This document shows, one piece after another, positions 52,211 to 64,000 of a stretch of DNA of 64,000 bases. The first letter of the stretch is position 1; each line of letters opens with the position of its first letter. A program made the translations under genes and the position numbers. Origin of the DNA: Camelus dromedarius (lineage: Eukaryota); contig NC_087436.1 of the NCBI RefSeq assembly GCF_036321535.1, positions 44,642,001-44,706,000 on the forward strand. The letters are read 5' to 3'. Below the pieces are notes generated by a model, which was not told where the DNA came from, did no database searches, and saw only the letters and a program-made list of their open reading frames with translations.

Positions 52211-53289
52211 AATTAACATCATTTCTCTGTTACCAGAAACCTTCAAAATATATCCAAAGTATGAATAAAAACTCCTCATTTAGACTTGATTTCTCCTTGG
52301 TTAGTAATTATGAAATTATGCTGTAACAGAACACTGATAGTCCTTGACTTGAATTGAATATAAATTGAATAATAGAAGTCTTATTTCAACTTGCAAGAAA
52401 AAAAGCATTAAAATTTCTCAATTATTTTTGTGCATATCTTACTGTTAAACACTATTCCATTTCTTAGGGCTTGATCGTTAGTAATATCTAACAGATGAGT
52501 CAGTGAACGAACGGGTGGCAAATACTAATAGAAAAATTGCAGAACATCTGAAAACATCTGAACATTCTTAGTTAAAGCTTTTTCCTCTGTTTACAAGTAT
52601 TTGCTTGAATTTTATATTCCACATGAATAATAACCACACTTTTGCTAGAAAATTATTCCTAGTTCATTCAGTAGAGATACATACATTTTATATGTTCTTC
52701 TGCCCAGGGCTTGGAACAGAACAGTATCTGGACAATAGTAAGTACTCAATATATTCCTCTTGAATAAATGAGTAAATAACTGAATGCTTAAAGAAAAATA
52801 CTTGATACTTGCAGACCTTCCTAAGATGCAATGTAGGGTGGTAAGACAACTTAGCAGATGTATTGTGGTAGCAGATGGAGACAGCTAGTTTTATCCAATA
52901 GTCTACTGATGAGAAACAAGCTGAATTTCATTCCCAGGGGAAGTAGAACCGAGTTTTAAGGACTTGGGCTTTAATTAATTAATTTAAATACGAAGTCTTG
53001 CTTGCCCTTGCTAAATGAAATTAATAACATCTGTTTTACTGATTTTGAAGATTAAATGAGTTAATTTCTTAAAAGATATAAATCAGTTATTTAGCACATA
53101 TTAAGCACTCTTTTCACAGCAACCATTAGTAATATTATTACTATATATTAAACATTTTAGACTTACTTGGTTAACATCAAGAAATTATTTTGCCTACCCG
53201 TGATTTTGCTCCATTAAAACATGGCATAGTAAAAGCATTTTAAAATCTGACAGAAAAGTGAAATTATTAGCATATGTAATGATACCCAT

Positions 53290-53642
53290 TTGTTTTAGTC
53301 CATTCAGGCTACTGTAACAAGATAGCACAGCCTAGGGGGCTTGTGAATGAACGGAATTTATTTCCTACAGTTGTGGAGGCTGGAAGACTGAGATCCACGG
53401 GCCAGCATGGTGGGGTAAAGGCCCTCATCCTGGTTGCAAATTTCCTGTTGTATTTTCATGTGGTGGAAAGACCTTGGGATCTCTGTGGAATTTCTTATAA
53501 GAACACTAATCACATTCTTGAGGGCTCCATCCTCATGATCTAATCACCTAGGAAAGGCCCCCACCTCCTAATATCATCATCTTTAGGGGTTAGGATTTCA
53601 CACGTGAATTTTGAGAAGACACAAACACTCAGAACCTGGCAC
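53290..53642 (-). mobile_element. MaLR solo LTR (MLT1A-like)
   Basis: TGTTTTAGTCCATTCAGGCTACTGTAACA...GAGGGCTCCATCCTCATGATCTAATCACCT..AAAGGCCCCCACCTCCTAATA. Confidence 0.88.
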
Positions 53643-54504
53643 CACTGGATGGTGGGCTTGGAAAATCATGACTTCTGCAATGCGTGTGATGCCTGTACAA
53701 GTGAACTTGCATCTCATGTTGTACAGTCATTAAGTCTTTTGGAACTCAGTTGTACCCATAGTGGCCAGCCATCTGGATAATTTTATTGCTGTATTCTCAT
53801 CATCTTCATTTGCTTCTTGATGCCATATTCTATTTTATTTCATTTTTGCACACTTTTAAATGCTAAGAAAATTGGAATAGAACATCTAATTTTCTCACAT
53901 ATCCAAAGTTTCAGATTTTACCTAGATTTTAAAGTGAATGTGTGGACACATGACACTTAATAGCTGCTATTCCGCCTGCTGCCTCACACAGCATTGCATG
54001 TGCATTAGATGTAGTATTTCCTATTACCTAAAGGGTAGATATTACAGGTCCTGCTACTAAGAGTATTCAGTTTGCAGACATGATGAGTGCTGCATTCATG
54101 AAATAAATGAAAAGAGGAGTTGAGCAACTTTGCAAGTTAGGGTACTAGCAAACAGGTGTGTTGTTCAAAATGATTTAAATGAGTCTGGAGAGGGTACTAG
54201 TCGATGATGATAGGATAGTTTTGGAAGGAAAAGTAGACAAAAAGTGACAGAAAGATGAAATGCATCTGGTATTTTTTAAAGTCAAATCAAATAAAGAAGA
54301 ATCAAATTTATCACCCAAATTTCTATGTTAAAGCTCCAAATTTCAGCCTGTTCTTCTTTCTTCAGAATAAAGAATAGCTTTTAAATATGCATAAACCATC
54401 TCTGTGATTTCTGCCCAGCCCAGCAAGAGATAATTCAATTCCCTGCTATTCAGTTCCACTATGCCTACACTTGAGTTAGACACTGAGCATAGAAGATGAG
54501 TAAG

Positions 54505-55660
54505 TCATCAAAAGACAATGTTAACAGAACAAGAAGACAAGCCACGGGCTAGGAGGAAATATTTGCAAAAGACATCTGATAAAATGCTGTTTTATCTAAG
54601 ATGTGCACAAGATTTTTAAATTCAACAATTGGTAAAAAAAAAAAAAATCCAATCAAAAAATGAGACAAAGACCTTAAACAGACACCTCACCAAAGAAGAT
54701 ATAAAGATGGCAAATAAGCATATAAAAAGATACTCCATACTATATATTTCATGAGGGAAATGAAGGTTAAACCAAGAAGATACCACTATATACCTATTAG
54801 AACAGCCATTATCCAGAACACTGGCAACACCAAATGCTGGTGAAGATGTGGAGCAACAGGAACTCTCATTCATCGTTGGTGGGAATGCACAGCCACTTTG
54901 GAAAACTGTTTAGAAATTTCTAACAAACCTAAACATATTCTTACCATATGATCCAGAAATTGAACTCAGTATTTATGCAAAGGAGCTGGAAACTTATGTC
55001 CACACAAAAACTTGCATTCAAATGTTAATAGCAGCTTCATTCATAATTGCCCAAACTTGGAAGCAACCAAGATGTCCTTCAGTAGATGAAGGGATAAATG
55101 AACTATGGTACATCCAGACAACAGAATATTATTCAGCACTAAAAAGAAACAAGTTATCAAGCCATGGAAAGACATGGAGGAAACGTAAATACACATTGCC
55201 AAGTGAAAGGAGCCAATCTGAAAATGTTAAATACTGTATGATTCCAGCTATATGACATTCTGTAAAAGACAAAACTTTGGGAGTAATAAAAATGTCAGTG
55301 ATTGCTAAGGTCAGGAGAAGGAAAGGATAAATTGGTTGAGCACAGAGGATTTTTAGGGCAGTGCAATGACTGTGTATGATAATTGTAATTGTGAATATAT
55401 TTGTGCAAACCCATAGAACATACAACACCAAGAGTGAATCTAGTGTAAACTCAGGACTTTGGGTAATAGTGATGTGTCAGTTTAGGTTCATCAGTTGTAA
55501 CAAATGTACAACTGGTGTTGTACTGGAATATTGATCATAAGGGAGGCTATGCAGGAGTAGGAGCAGAGAGTATATAGGAAATCTCTGGACCTTCTGCTCA
55601 ATTTTTGCCATAAACTTTAAACTGCTCTAAAATAATTAATAAAAATTAATTAAAAATTAT
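54505..55660 (+). mobile_element. Old LINE-1 3' end (L1MC1/L1MC2-like)
   Basis: Degenerate ORF2 end (MLIAASFIIAQTWKQPRCPS) followed by an L1MC-type 3'UTR (ACAACACCAAGAGTGAA..TGTAAAC..GGAAATCTCTG..CTGCTCTAAAAATAA). Confidence 0.85.
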
Positions 55661-55829
55661 GAGCAATATATAGTATTCAACTTCGAGGAACTTCTCATTA
55701 GTATAGTGGGAAGAGCACTGGCCTTGGAGCCAGGTTTGGGTATTAGTTTTACTACCACCACTGTCTTGTGGGATCTTATGTAAATCATTTAATCTCTCTG
55801 AGAATTTTTCAGTCTAATCCACTGCATCA

Positions 55830-56340
55830 TCATCATCGTATCTGTCACCATCACCTAAATTCAATCCCTCCCTCATTTTTTCCTAATTGGACAATGGCAG
55901 CTATGCAATTTACATGCTTCCTCCACTCAAATTCATTTTACACCCTACTGCCAGAGCAATGCTAAGTATCACTCTTCTGTTTAAATCCTTTAATAGCACC
56001 CCATATTTTCAGTATCAATATAATCTCCATAACACATTCTTCAAAGTCCTTTAGGATCTGGCCACCACACCCTTCTCTTTCTACCACTTTATGCTGGTGT
56101 TCCAGGCGTCCTGAATTTCTTCCTTACATATCCTTGGAAACACCATGCTCTTTCACTTGCCTGGATCTGGGCACATGTTCTTTCCTTTACCTGAAATGCC
56201 CCATTGTACTTTTTCTTCAAATTCTCCTTTACCGAAAAACTCCCCAAAGGAGTTTTGAAAGACTGCTTTGATCCCTGCAATCTGAATTACTTGGCCTTAT
56301 TTTGCCTCTAGGCAAAGGATTTATCACTCTGTGTTTTCAA
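55830..56340 (+). mobile_element. LINE-2 fragment
   Basis: CTGCCAGAGCAAT..CACTCTTCTGTTTAAATCCTT..GATCTGGCC..GCACATGTTCTTTCCTTTACCTGAAATGCC. Confidence 0.7.
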
Positions 56341-56929
56341 AATGTATTCTGGACTAATTCAGCCATCCACCTTTTCATCACCTGCACCCAAGGAGCTAAT
56401 CGCAGCTGGAGAAAAATCACACAACCATGTCTAAAGGTCTCACTTTGAGTTTACAATCAGTAGTCTCACATGGGCTCTCAACATGGCCTAGAAGTCCAAA
56501 AGCTCACTTATGTTTCTCTAGAAAGTTCATTTTTCCTCTTACAGTGATAACTACTAATGCCATTTTTTTCTTCTATCCCAATTTCTTAAACCTTCTGTAT
56601 TCCTCTCACTAGCCTTACCCTTCATAGAGACTAGAGAGGCTCTGAGGCTCTTGTATTAAAATCTGGTCCTCCTCTTAGGCCTGAAATACACTCTCTGGTC
56701 TTGTTCTCAAGAACTTCATTCCGTCTTTATGCTCTTTTTAATAGTTGACTTTCTTATCTGTCTCTGCTACCGGTCTGAACCGCCAGTGTGTAGAGGCAAT
56801 TTCTTTTGTCTCTGTGTCCCTGGCAAATATTGAGAATTTATGGTAGGTTCTGATAATACAATTTTTGATTTCAAGGACTACAGATGGAAGAAAAATAGAT
56901 GTTTAAATAATAAATAAAATAAAGTATAA

Positions 56930-57680
56930 TATGGCTTATGTAAAGGGTTGAGTCAAGAAAATCTTGCTCTTCAATTAACATATAAGCTGAAATCTAAGAG
57001 ATGCCTTGGACTTACCCAGAAGAAGAAGTAAAATTGTGTGCTTCCAGAGATGGAGCTACATGTACAAATGTCCAGAGGCCCTGGGTGTACTTATTATTCA
57101 AGGAACTGAAAGAATCAATGTAATCTATACCATATACTTCAGGAGGGATTGAATTAGGGGAGTAAAGTGGTGAGGTTTCCAAGGTCTAGACAGAGAGTTT
57201 AGATTTTTATCTAAGATCAATGAGAGCTCATTTAAGGATTTTAAGCATAGACTAACATGCTCAGAATTCATTTTGGAAAAATCCCTTTTATCACAGGAAC
57301 TGAATTGTTTGAAACAAATCAAGTCATTTGGGTCCATTAGACAGCAGTTTATTACAATAATGCAGGCTAAAGATTATGACCCATCAGTATGGAATTGAGA
57401 ATCTTTGGCCTCTAGAGGCCAAATGGAGCCATGTTAGTAGAGAAGATATTCTAAGGAGACGATAACGACAGGAGAGTTAGGACGTTTCCTTATGGGAGAG
57501 TCAAAGAAGAGAAATTTGTAAAGTAGACTGAGGAGGGACAAACCAAGATAGGAGAGTATCTTACCAGGAGAGTAGATGTTACTGAATCCTAGAGAAGATG
57601 TTTCAAGCACAAGAGATTAATAGACTTATATGACTTTCAGAGAATTCATAAGACAGCAAAAGTTTTACGCAGAAAGGTGG
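56930..57680 (-). mobile_element. LINE-2 fragment
   Basis: GAGTTTAGATTTTTATCTAAGATCAATGAGAGCTCATTTAAGGATTTTAAGCA..ACATGCTCAGA. Confidence 0.65.
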
Positions 57681-59401
57681 TCAAAAGACTAAATTCTCGA
57701 ACACACCGATATATAAAGTTCAAAAAAATGAGAAGTACCTGCATCTTTCAGGGATGTCAACTTATTGAAGACAAACTCTATGTTGAGCTATAGGTATAGA
57801 CGTTTATTAAAGGAAGATAGGATAGTCAACACCGTCAGGGTTTTCTGAGGATAAATGGGATATGGATGTGGAAATTACTTGTCACCATTTGTACAGGCCT
57901 TTTGCACACTTGGTGTTGCAGGTTGACTGGGATTATTTCATTTGTGAGAACACTTAATTTCCAAAGAAATAATTTTTAAAAAATACAGTGTGTTTAAAAA
58001 GCTTTCTTTTTATTTTACAATGAGCTAAATTACCCTTATGGTAAGTGCATTTTTTTCAATTATGGAGAGCCTGTGAATTCAGAAAACAAATGGGCCAGTT
58101 TGGAACTGACATAATATTTAAGTAATGGTGTTTGGTTTGTTGTAAAGAACATGAGAATTCATTTTGGACCTACTCAAAAACAGAATAAAAATGATTAAAT
58201 AAGAAAGCTTTAACCATAAGGTCATGGTGTGAATGCCTGTGAATAAATATACCTAAGAACACTTTAGTTATAAATAACTTATTCTAAGATTTCCTCTATC
58301 TGTAGTAGAAATAGATAAATAAATTCAATGTCTATGATGCCAATGATCACTTAATGGGCAGAGCCTTTTCCAACTAAGAGTTTCATATATATTTGGTGAC
58401 TGCAGTGCAGGATTAGGGTATCTTTTAGCATGCTGACTTAATGATGTGCCTGAATGGTCAGGTTTAGTAGAAAATGTTACTAACGCATGCATCTATGGTT
58501 TGTGTGTAATTAGAGCAATGCCAACCAGATGCCCCAGAGATTCTTGAGCCAAGCAAGTTACAGGACAGAAAACTGAGGCAAAAAAAGGAGAAAGACATCA
58601 GAGGGGCCCTTGAGGAAGACACTCCAGTTTCATAAGCACTGACATTTAAGCATGAACATTTCTAAAATATATATTGCCCAGGCCATTTGGAGCCAATACA
58701 AATTCTCTGAAGATGTGGTAGGTTTCAAAACCTCATTCAAAGGGGGAGAAAAGACATTTTGCCAATTACATTAAATTTTTACTAGTTTTGCACAGCTTTA
58801 ATTTAGGCCAGCTGAACGTAACACCATGCTAATCCCATACACCCACTATATTAAAATCACTTAATAAAATAATTGCTTCTAAAATACATTAATATAAATG
58901 ACCAATTTAGCAAACAGCTGAATACCATATTTCTTTTTCTTCTTCAATAAGTGTTGCTTTACCACAAATATCTTGGAAAAACATGAATTCTTCCATCTGC
59001 TACAAATTAATGTGAATAAAATCCTAGTAGTCATATTGCCTTTTGTCTATTCTGGGTGCATAAAACATACAATCCGAAGTGAAGGTAAATAAGATGCCTT
59101 GCCACTCTCTGTATGCTAAGAAGCTCACTCTGTTAGCTAGACTGCAGTGCACCCTGGGAAATGTTGGATCTGTGCCTGCAGTTCTATTTGTTCAAGTAGC
59201 TCGTCTTGAAAGCCTGCCCAACCTCAGCTGTAGAGTTGGAAGATACAAAGCAAGCAATTTGGATTTTCCAAATCATCCGTCCCTGCAAAGGCAGGAAGGA
59301 GTCCAGTAATGACAAAAACTCCTCTAAATCTTAAGTAACCAATCCCCCAGGAGACCAGGATCGTCAGAAGAAATTCAGCTTCTTCTGCAAGCTCATTTGA
59401 C

Positions 59402-59441
59402 TGTGTGCATGTGTGTGTGTGTGTGCACGCGCGCACATGTG
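59402..59441 (+). repeat. Alternating purine-pyrimidine tract (TG/CG/CA)
   Basis: TGTGTGCATGTGTGTGTGTGTGTGCACGCGCGCACATGTG. Confidence 0.9.
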
Positions 59442-62292
59442 CTGTCGTCTCCATAAGGGTGACCGAGAAATGCCTGCTATCACTGCCCAACATCTGTGCC
59501 TATTGCTGCCTCTCCAATACAAACTTCCAGATTTTGTGTCACAGCTGCAGTGAAACAGACAGTTGGCATGGCAGATCTCCTTCTCACGTGTACTGCATAA
59601 AGCTTGCAGTACTAGTGTTAAAAGTTCAAAGCCTGTCACAAAAGTAAACCTTCAGAGGCAGTGCCATGATGTCTTCAAAAGGGTTTAACGATAACTGAAA
59701 ATCTAGTCAAATTCTATATGGATGTACGGTGACATCTGAAATAAAATCAAGCACACACATACAAAAAAGATATCATTGTTTTGGAGACAATGCAAACTGA
59801 GGTAACATGCCAAGCAATATTTATTGGGTGGGATTTATATCTATGTTTGGAAACTGTAACAGAGATTTGTGAGGTACAACTATTCTATATCAAAGTTTCT
59901 TAATCGGAAAATTTCCACCACTGTTTAACAGGATAACTCAGGATGTCCTTTATGTCTAAGATTTCATACATGTGACTCAAGTCTGGATTAGTAAGAAAAA
60001 AATAAATTTTTCCTACTGTGTGTTAAAGCATATATCAAAGATATGCTAAATTATTTCAAAATTGATACTTGAATAAAGATGTTCATGATTTTTAGGTGTG
60101 TTTATGAGAAAATATTTTTAAAAGTCAGCAAATTTTTATTCTGTATGTGGATTGCATAAAATTATTACTGAATATGAACTCAGAGTTTATGAAACAAACA
60201 AGTTTTCTCTATGCTATTATTTTTACTCTTCTCTTACTTAAGAAATGTGTTTGGATTTGCATATAACCAGTAAGAAAATTACCAAGTGCATTGAAGGAAA
60301 ATTTTTACAATTGAATGATTGGTCAGTTCCGAGTACGTACACTGACTCTCACTGCAAAATATTTTGTTATATGTCAGGTGAGATTTTAAGAGAAATCAAG
60401 TATATATTTCACACTTAGGCAGTTTAAAATCTAGATGTAGGAGAAAATAAGCACATAAATTATTATGCAGCAAAGTGCATATGAAAGGTTCAGAATTTCA
60501 GAGGTGAGCAATTTGCTTGTTTGAAGACTTTAGACATTATAGCCGTAATGACCATGTACAAATCACATTCTATGACTATGAGCTCTGTAATTGTAGGGAA
60601 GCAGGTGAGCATTTATCTTCAAGAGGAGGAACAACCCTTCTCTGGTTTTGTATAAATGTCCTTCTTGTGATTTATGATGCAGCCTTGCCATTATAGGAAA
60701 CTTGTGTCCCTAGTCACTGGGATGGATCCGTGACCTAGTTTGGGCCAATCATGATTTAATCATTTGTCATAATCATTTCAGCATCAATTTTCTGGCAAAA
60801 GGAAAAAGAGAGAAGAGAAAAATGGAGAAGCTAGAAGAGGAGAAAAAAGGAGAGATGAAAGAAGTAGCAGAAAATATGTAAGAAAAAAACCCCATGGAAT
60901 GACTTAAATAGAATCTTATACTGTTAGTAGGTATAACCATGACATAGACAATATATGCAGGTACTTTTGAGCACTTTTTAAAAACATGATTTATTTGTTT
61001 CTTTTTTATGTAACTTTTGTTACAGGAAGCTTTGCGATTAACTCTAATGGTTTTAATAGTTTGTGCCCAAATGAAATATCTATTCCACTGGTAATATATT
61101 TGTCTTTCAAAAGCTGCCTTCCAGTACCAGAAAACTCAAATAAATTTATATTAGAATCACTGAGACTTTCAAAAATTTATCCAAAAAAGTTCATGTGAAT
61201 AATTTTTGTAGAACTGTATTGTGTATCATTGTAATTTGGGGGAATTTTCCAAGATTCCTCTCATAAAAGACACCTGCTCATTTAGATCATCAGACATAGT
61301 GGTTTTAATTTCATTATTTACCTCAACCTGCCTCTAATAACTTTCAAGCCATTTGTAGCCGTTTGTGAAACCATTTTGACAAGAAGAATATTTACAAAAT
61401 CAAGCACACACAGATGTACCCCAAATAGTGACTTATAACTATAGAAATCTTCAAGGCAAGTAGCTAAGTATTTTGTAACTGAAAACATTTCATTCACACT
61501 TTGACTTATATCACTACAGATGACCACAGTCACTTTCTTGTTGGGTAGAACCCAGTAAGTTCTCTAAGTATGATAAACATTTTTTTCTTTCTCAAAATTT
61601 AAACAGGCTGAGCAGGTGTGAGCCTTCTGCTAGGATGGGGCTGGGGCTGATCATTTATTCTTAATTTTCTGTGGTATGTAGTGAAGGAGAAGGATGTCTA
61701 GAATGCTGCTATATTTTTGGCACCAGGCTGTTCTCTAAGTTAAGGAATATTGAAGAAAGAGAGGTTGAAGGAGAGAAGATGTGTGAATATGTAGGGTTAG
61801 TTATTTGGTATATTTCCAAGTCACATTCGCTAGTTTACTGAGTCCCTAACTGAGTGTATGATCATCTATAAAATAATGTATTTTACTGTCTGGAAAAAGC
61901 CATGAACTTGTCTATCTGAGTTCTACAGTTGGTTCCTTGGATGACATTATGTCAAATCTTAACTCTTTTTTCTAGACACATTTTTATATGCATCGTGTAA
62001 CCTATTATATTTGAGATCAATTCAGGGCCATGTTTCTCTATTTGCATAAATATCTTATATGCACCAAATAGGGATAAAAGAAGACATGGAAGTGGAAACA
62101 ATTCACAAATCTTAAATAAATAGGGGAGAGCAGAACCAATTATTTGGGGTCTTTTTGGTGGTTTTAGTGAGGAAGACATGGAGAATAATTATTCCCAAGG
62201 TAATTAATCTGATTTGCCAAATTCTAGCTATAAAACCATGAAATGCAATTATAGCCAACTGAAGAGTTAAAATTTTGTACAATGACTATATA

Positions 62293-62515
62293 GGATTAGA
62301 GTAAGAGCTGGTGTGGCTAGATTCAGATCCTGGGTCTATGACTGATTATAGCTGTGTGACCTTCAAGAGGGTACCTGGCATCTCTGTGTCTCTTTTATTC
62401 TCATCTGTGAAATGAAGATAAAAATTGTGCCTTTTTCATAGGGCTGTTTTGAAGATAAAAGAAAATAACAGATGTAAAGTGCTTAAAATAGTATGTGGGA
62501 AGTACTCAAAAAAGC
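62293..62515 (+). mobile_element. MIR SINE
   Basis: Core TAGCTGTGTGACCTT..CTCTGTGTCTC..CTCATCTGTGAAATG..CATAGGGCTGTTTTGAAGAT..TGTAAAGTGCTTA. Confidence 0.85.
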
Positions 62516-63514
62516 TAAGAATGCATTTATCATTCAGATATTTGAGATGATAACCATAAAGTTGTCTTGGCCGAGCAATAATTGTGTTGTGCTCAGCCAA
62601 TGAAACCCACATTGCTTTAATTAACAAGTGTTAATAAGTTTACATAAGATTCAAGCATAATTATACAGAAATAAATGTGATTTACCCAAAGGTCTCTATC
62701 ATCAGTCAGGCTATTCTAAATATTTAACTGACCAAGCAGAGTGCACGCCAAGCACTTCACCATGGTGTGGCAAATAGCTGATAGCCTCTTGTCCATAATA
62801 AATGAAAGAGATTCAACTGTAAGTGAAGAGATCTTTGCAGAAAAACAAAAAGGAACAAAAGAATAATCAAGGTGAATGGTGTATGTACATATTTTACACA
62901 CACATATATATACATATATTTATGATTGATTTTAAGTGTTATGCAAGTTCCTTGGTATCCCGCACCCAAAGTGCCTGAAATACACCAGAAATCAAATAAA
63001 CAGCTCAGTGCTCCAAATCCCCTTCAGTACCTTCCACACTCCAGGCTCTTTCGCACTTCATGGCCTTCACACATACTGTTTTTCAAACCAAAGTAATTTC
63101 TACTCATGTATTGGAGCTTACTTCCAATGCCAGTTCCTAAAGGAAGTCATCTATGATCTCTAATCTTCCAAAGGCCAAAACTCCCTCCAAAATCCCTCTG
63201 CTGAGACCACCACGATTATCAAACATCTTCTCATAATGATACTTTTGACACCATGGACGCTTTCCTTGTAAGAGTGTCCCCCACCTGGTGGTGGTGGTGG
63301 TCTTTGGACTATGTTGGAGCAAGCATGACAATGGAATTTCACATGGCCACGAGTTAGAGAGTTCTGAAGAGGCCAACATGCTGAGACCATAAGGCACAAG
63401 TTCAAACTTTGCATCTGATCTTAAACTTTAGCGTATGATACAATATATAATCTCTCCTCCCACCTGTTTTTGTTTGTTAAACCTAACCTTCCATACTATA
63501 AAGTTTCCCCAGAT

Positions 63515-63650
63515 GTTTCATGCAGCAACTTGTGCTCGTATCTCTTTGGCCAGGACTGTGTATAATGACTGCCTCTTAGTGCCAGGAAGACTAGGCAAAT
63601 GGCTACCTTAGACAAAATCAAAGTTCTTACAGTAAGAAGGAAGGGAACAT
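63515..63650 (-). mobile_element. Old MaLR LTR fragment (MLT1J/K-like)
   Basis: TGCTCGTATCTCTTTGGCCAGGACTGTGT..CTTAGTGCCAGGAAGACTAGG..TAAGAAGGAAGGGA. Confidence 0.55.
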
Positions 63651-63654
63651 CTCA

Positions 63655-64000
63655 CATCCTAACTGTACTGTTTCCTCTCTTGTTCACCCCAATTCATTCT
63701 CCACCCAGCAGTCATGCAGTGTGCTTTCCAAAAGAATCTTATCATATCAGTTCTCTGATAAAGCTCTTCAATACAATCCAGTTGAAATTAGTATATAAAA
63801 AAGTTCAAAATCCTTACCGTAGCTGTCAGACGTTGCATACTCCGTCCCCTGCTTCACTCCCAAGACTCGTTTCTCATCCTATTTCCCTTACCCTCCATGC
63901 TGCAGTCACACAAGCTTGGCATACTTTTTCTCACCCATTCATTTTTGCACATGCTGTTCCCTCTGCCTGGCATGGTCTTGCCCTCACTGTTCACTTGAAT
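63655..64000 (+). mobile_element. LINE-2 fragment (runs off window)
   Basis: CAATTCATTCTCCACCCAGCAG..TTTGCACATGCTGTTCCCTCTGCCTGG. Confidence 0.8.

Noticed and set aside
1..64000. CRISPR arrays, operons, NUMTs or non-retroviral endogenous viral ORFs; named host gene
   Set aside because: I recognised no repeat-spacer array, mitochondrial-like sequence or viral ORF. No exon matched a protein I know, so no gene symbol is assigned, although small exons could have been missed.

Overview
AT-rich mammalian non-coding DNA (large intron or gene desert). There is no CpG island and no host protein-coding exon that I can recognise. The tRNA-derived SINEs (GGGAGGGTATAGCTCAGTGGTAGAGC...GTCCTGGGTTCAATCCCCAGTACCTCCA-polyA) resemble camelid Vic-type SINEs, so the source is probably a camel, alpaca or llama (inference). 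The only ORFs with recognisable protein similarity are LINE-1 remnants. The main one is a ~3.0 kb young 5'-inverted (twin-primed) L1 at 43746-46749 with a perfect 15-bp TSD. The rest is ancient repeats (L2, MIR, MaLR/ERVL LTRs, hAT MERs, old L1M) plus several repeat-free, motif-rich blocks that look like conserved enhancers. The most unusual structure is a 413-bp, 99%-identical inverted duplication of apparently unique sequence (7567-7979 vs 10249-10661, 2.27-kb spacer). Its left copy is flanked by a 10-bp direct repeat, has no poly(A), and has a junction scar made of re-copied donor fragments, which suggests a recent, locally templated repair insertion. Repeat family names come from recognition by eye, and the boundaries of old repeats are approximate. 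I found no evidence for a novel protein-coding system.
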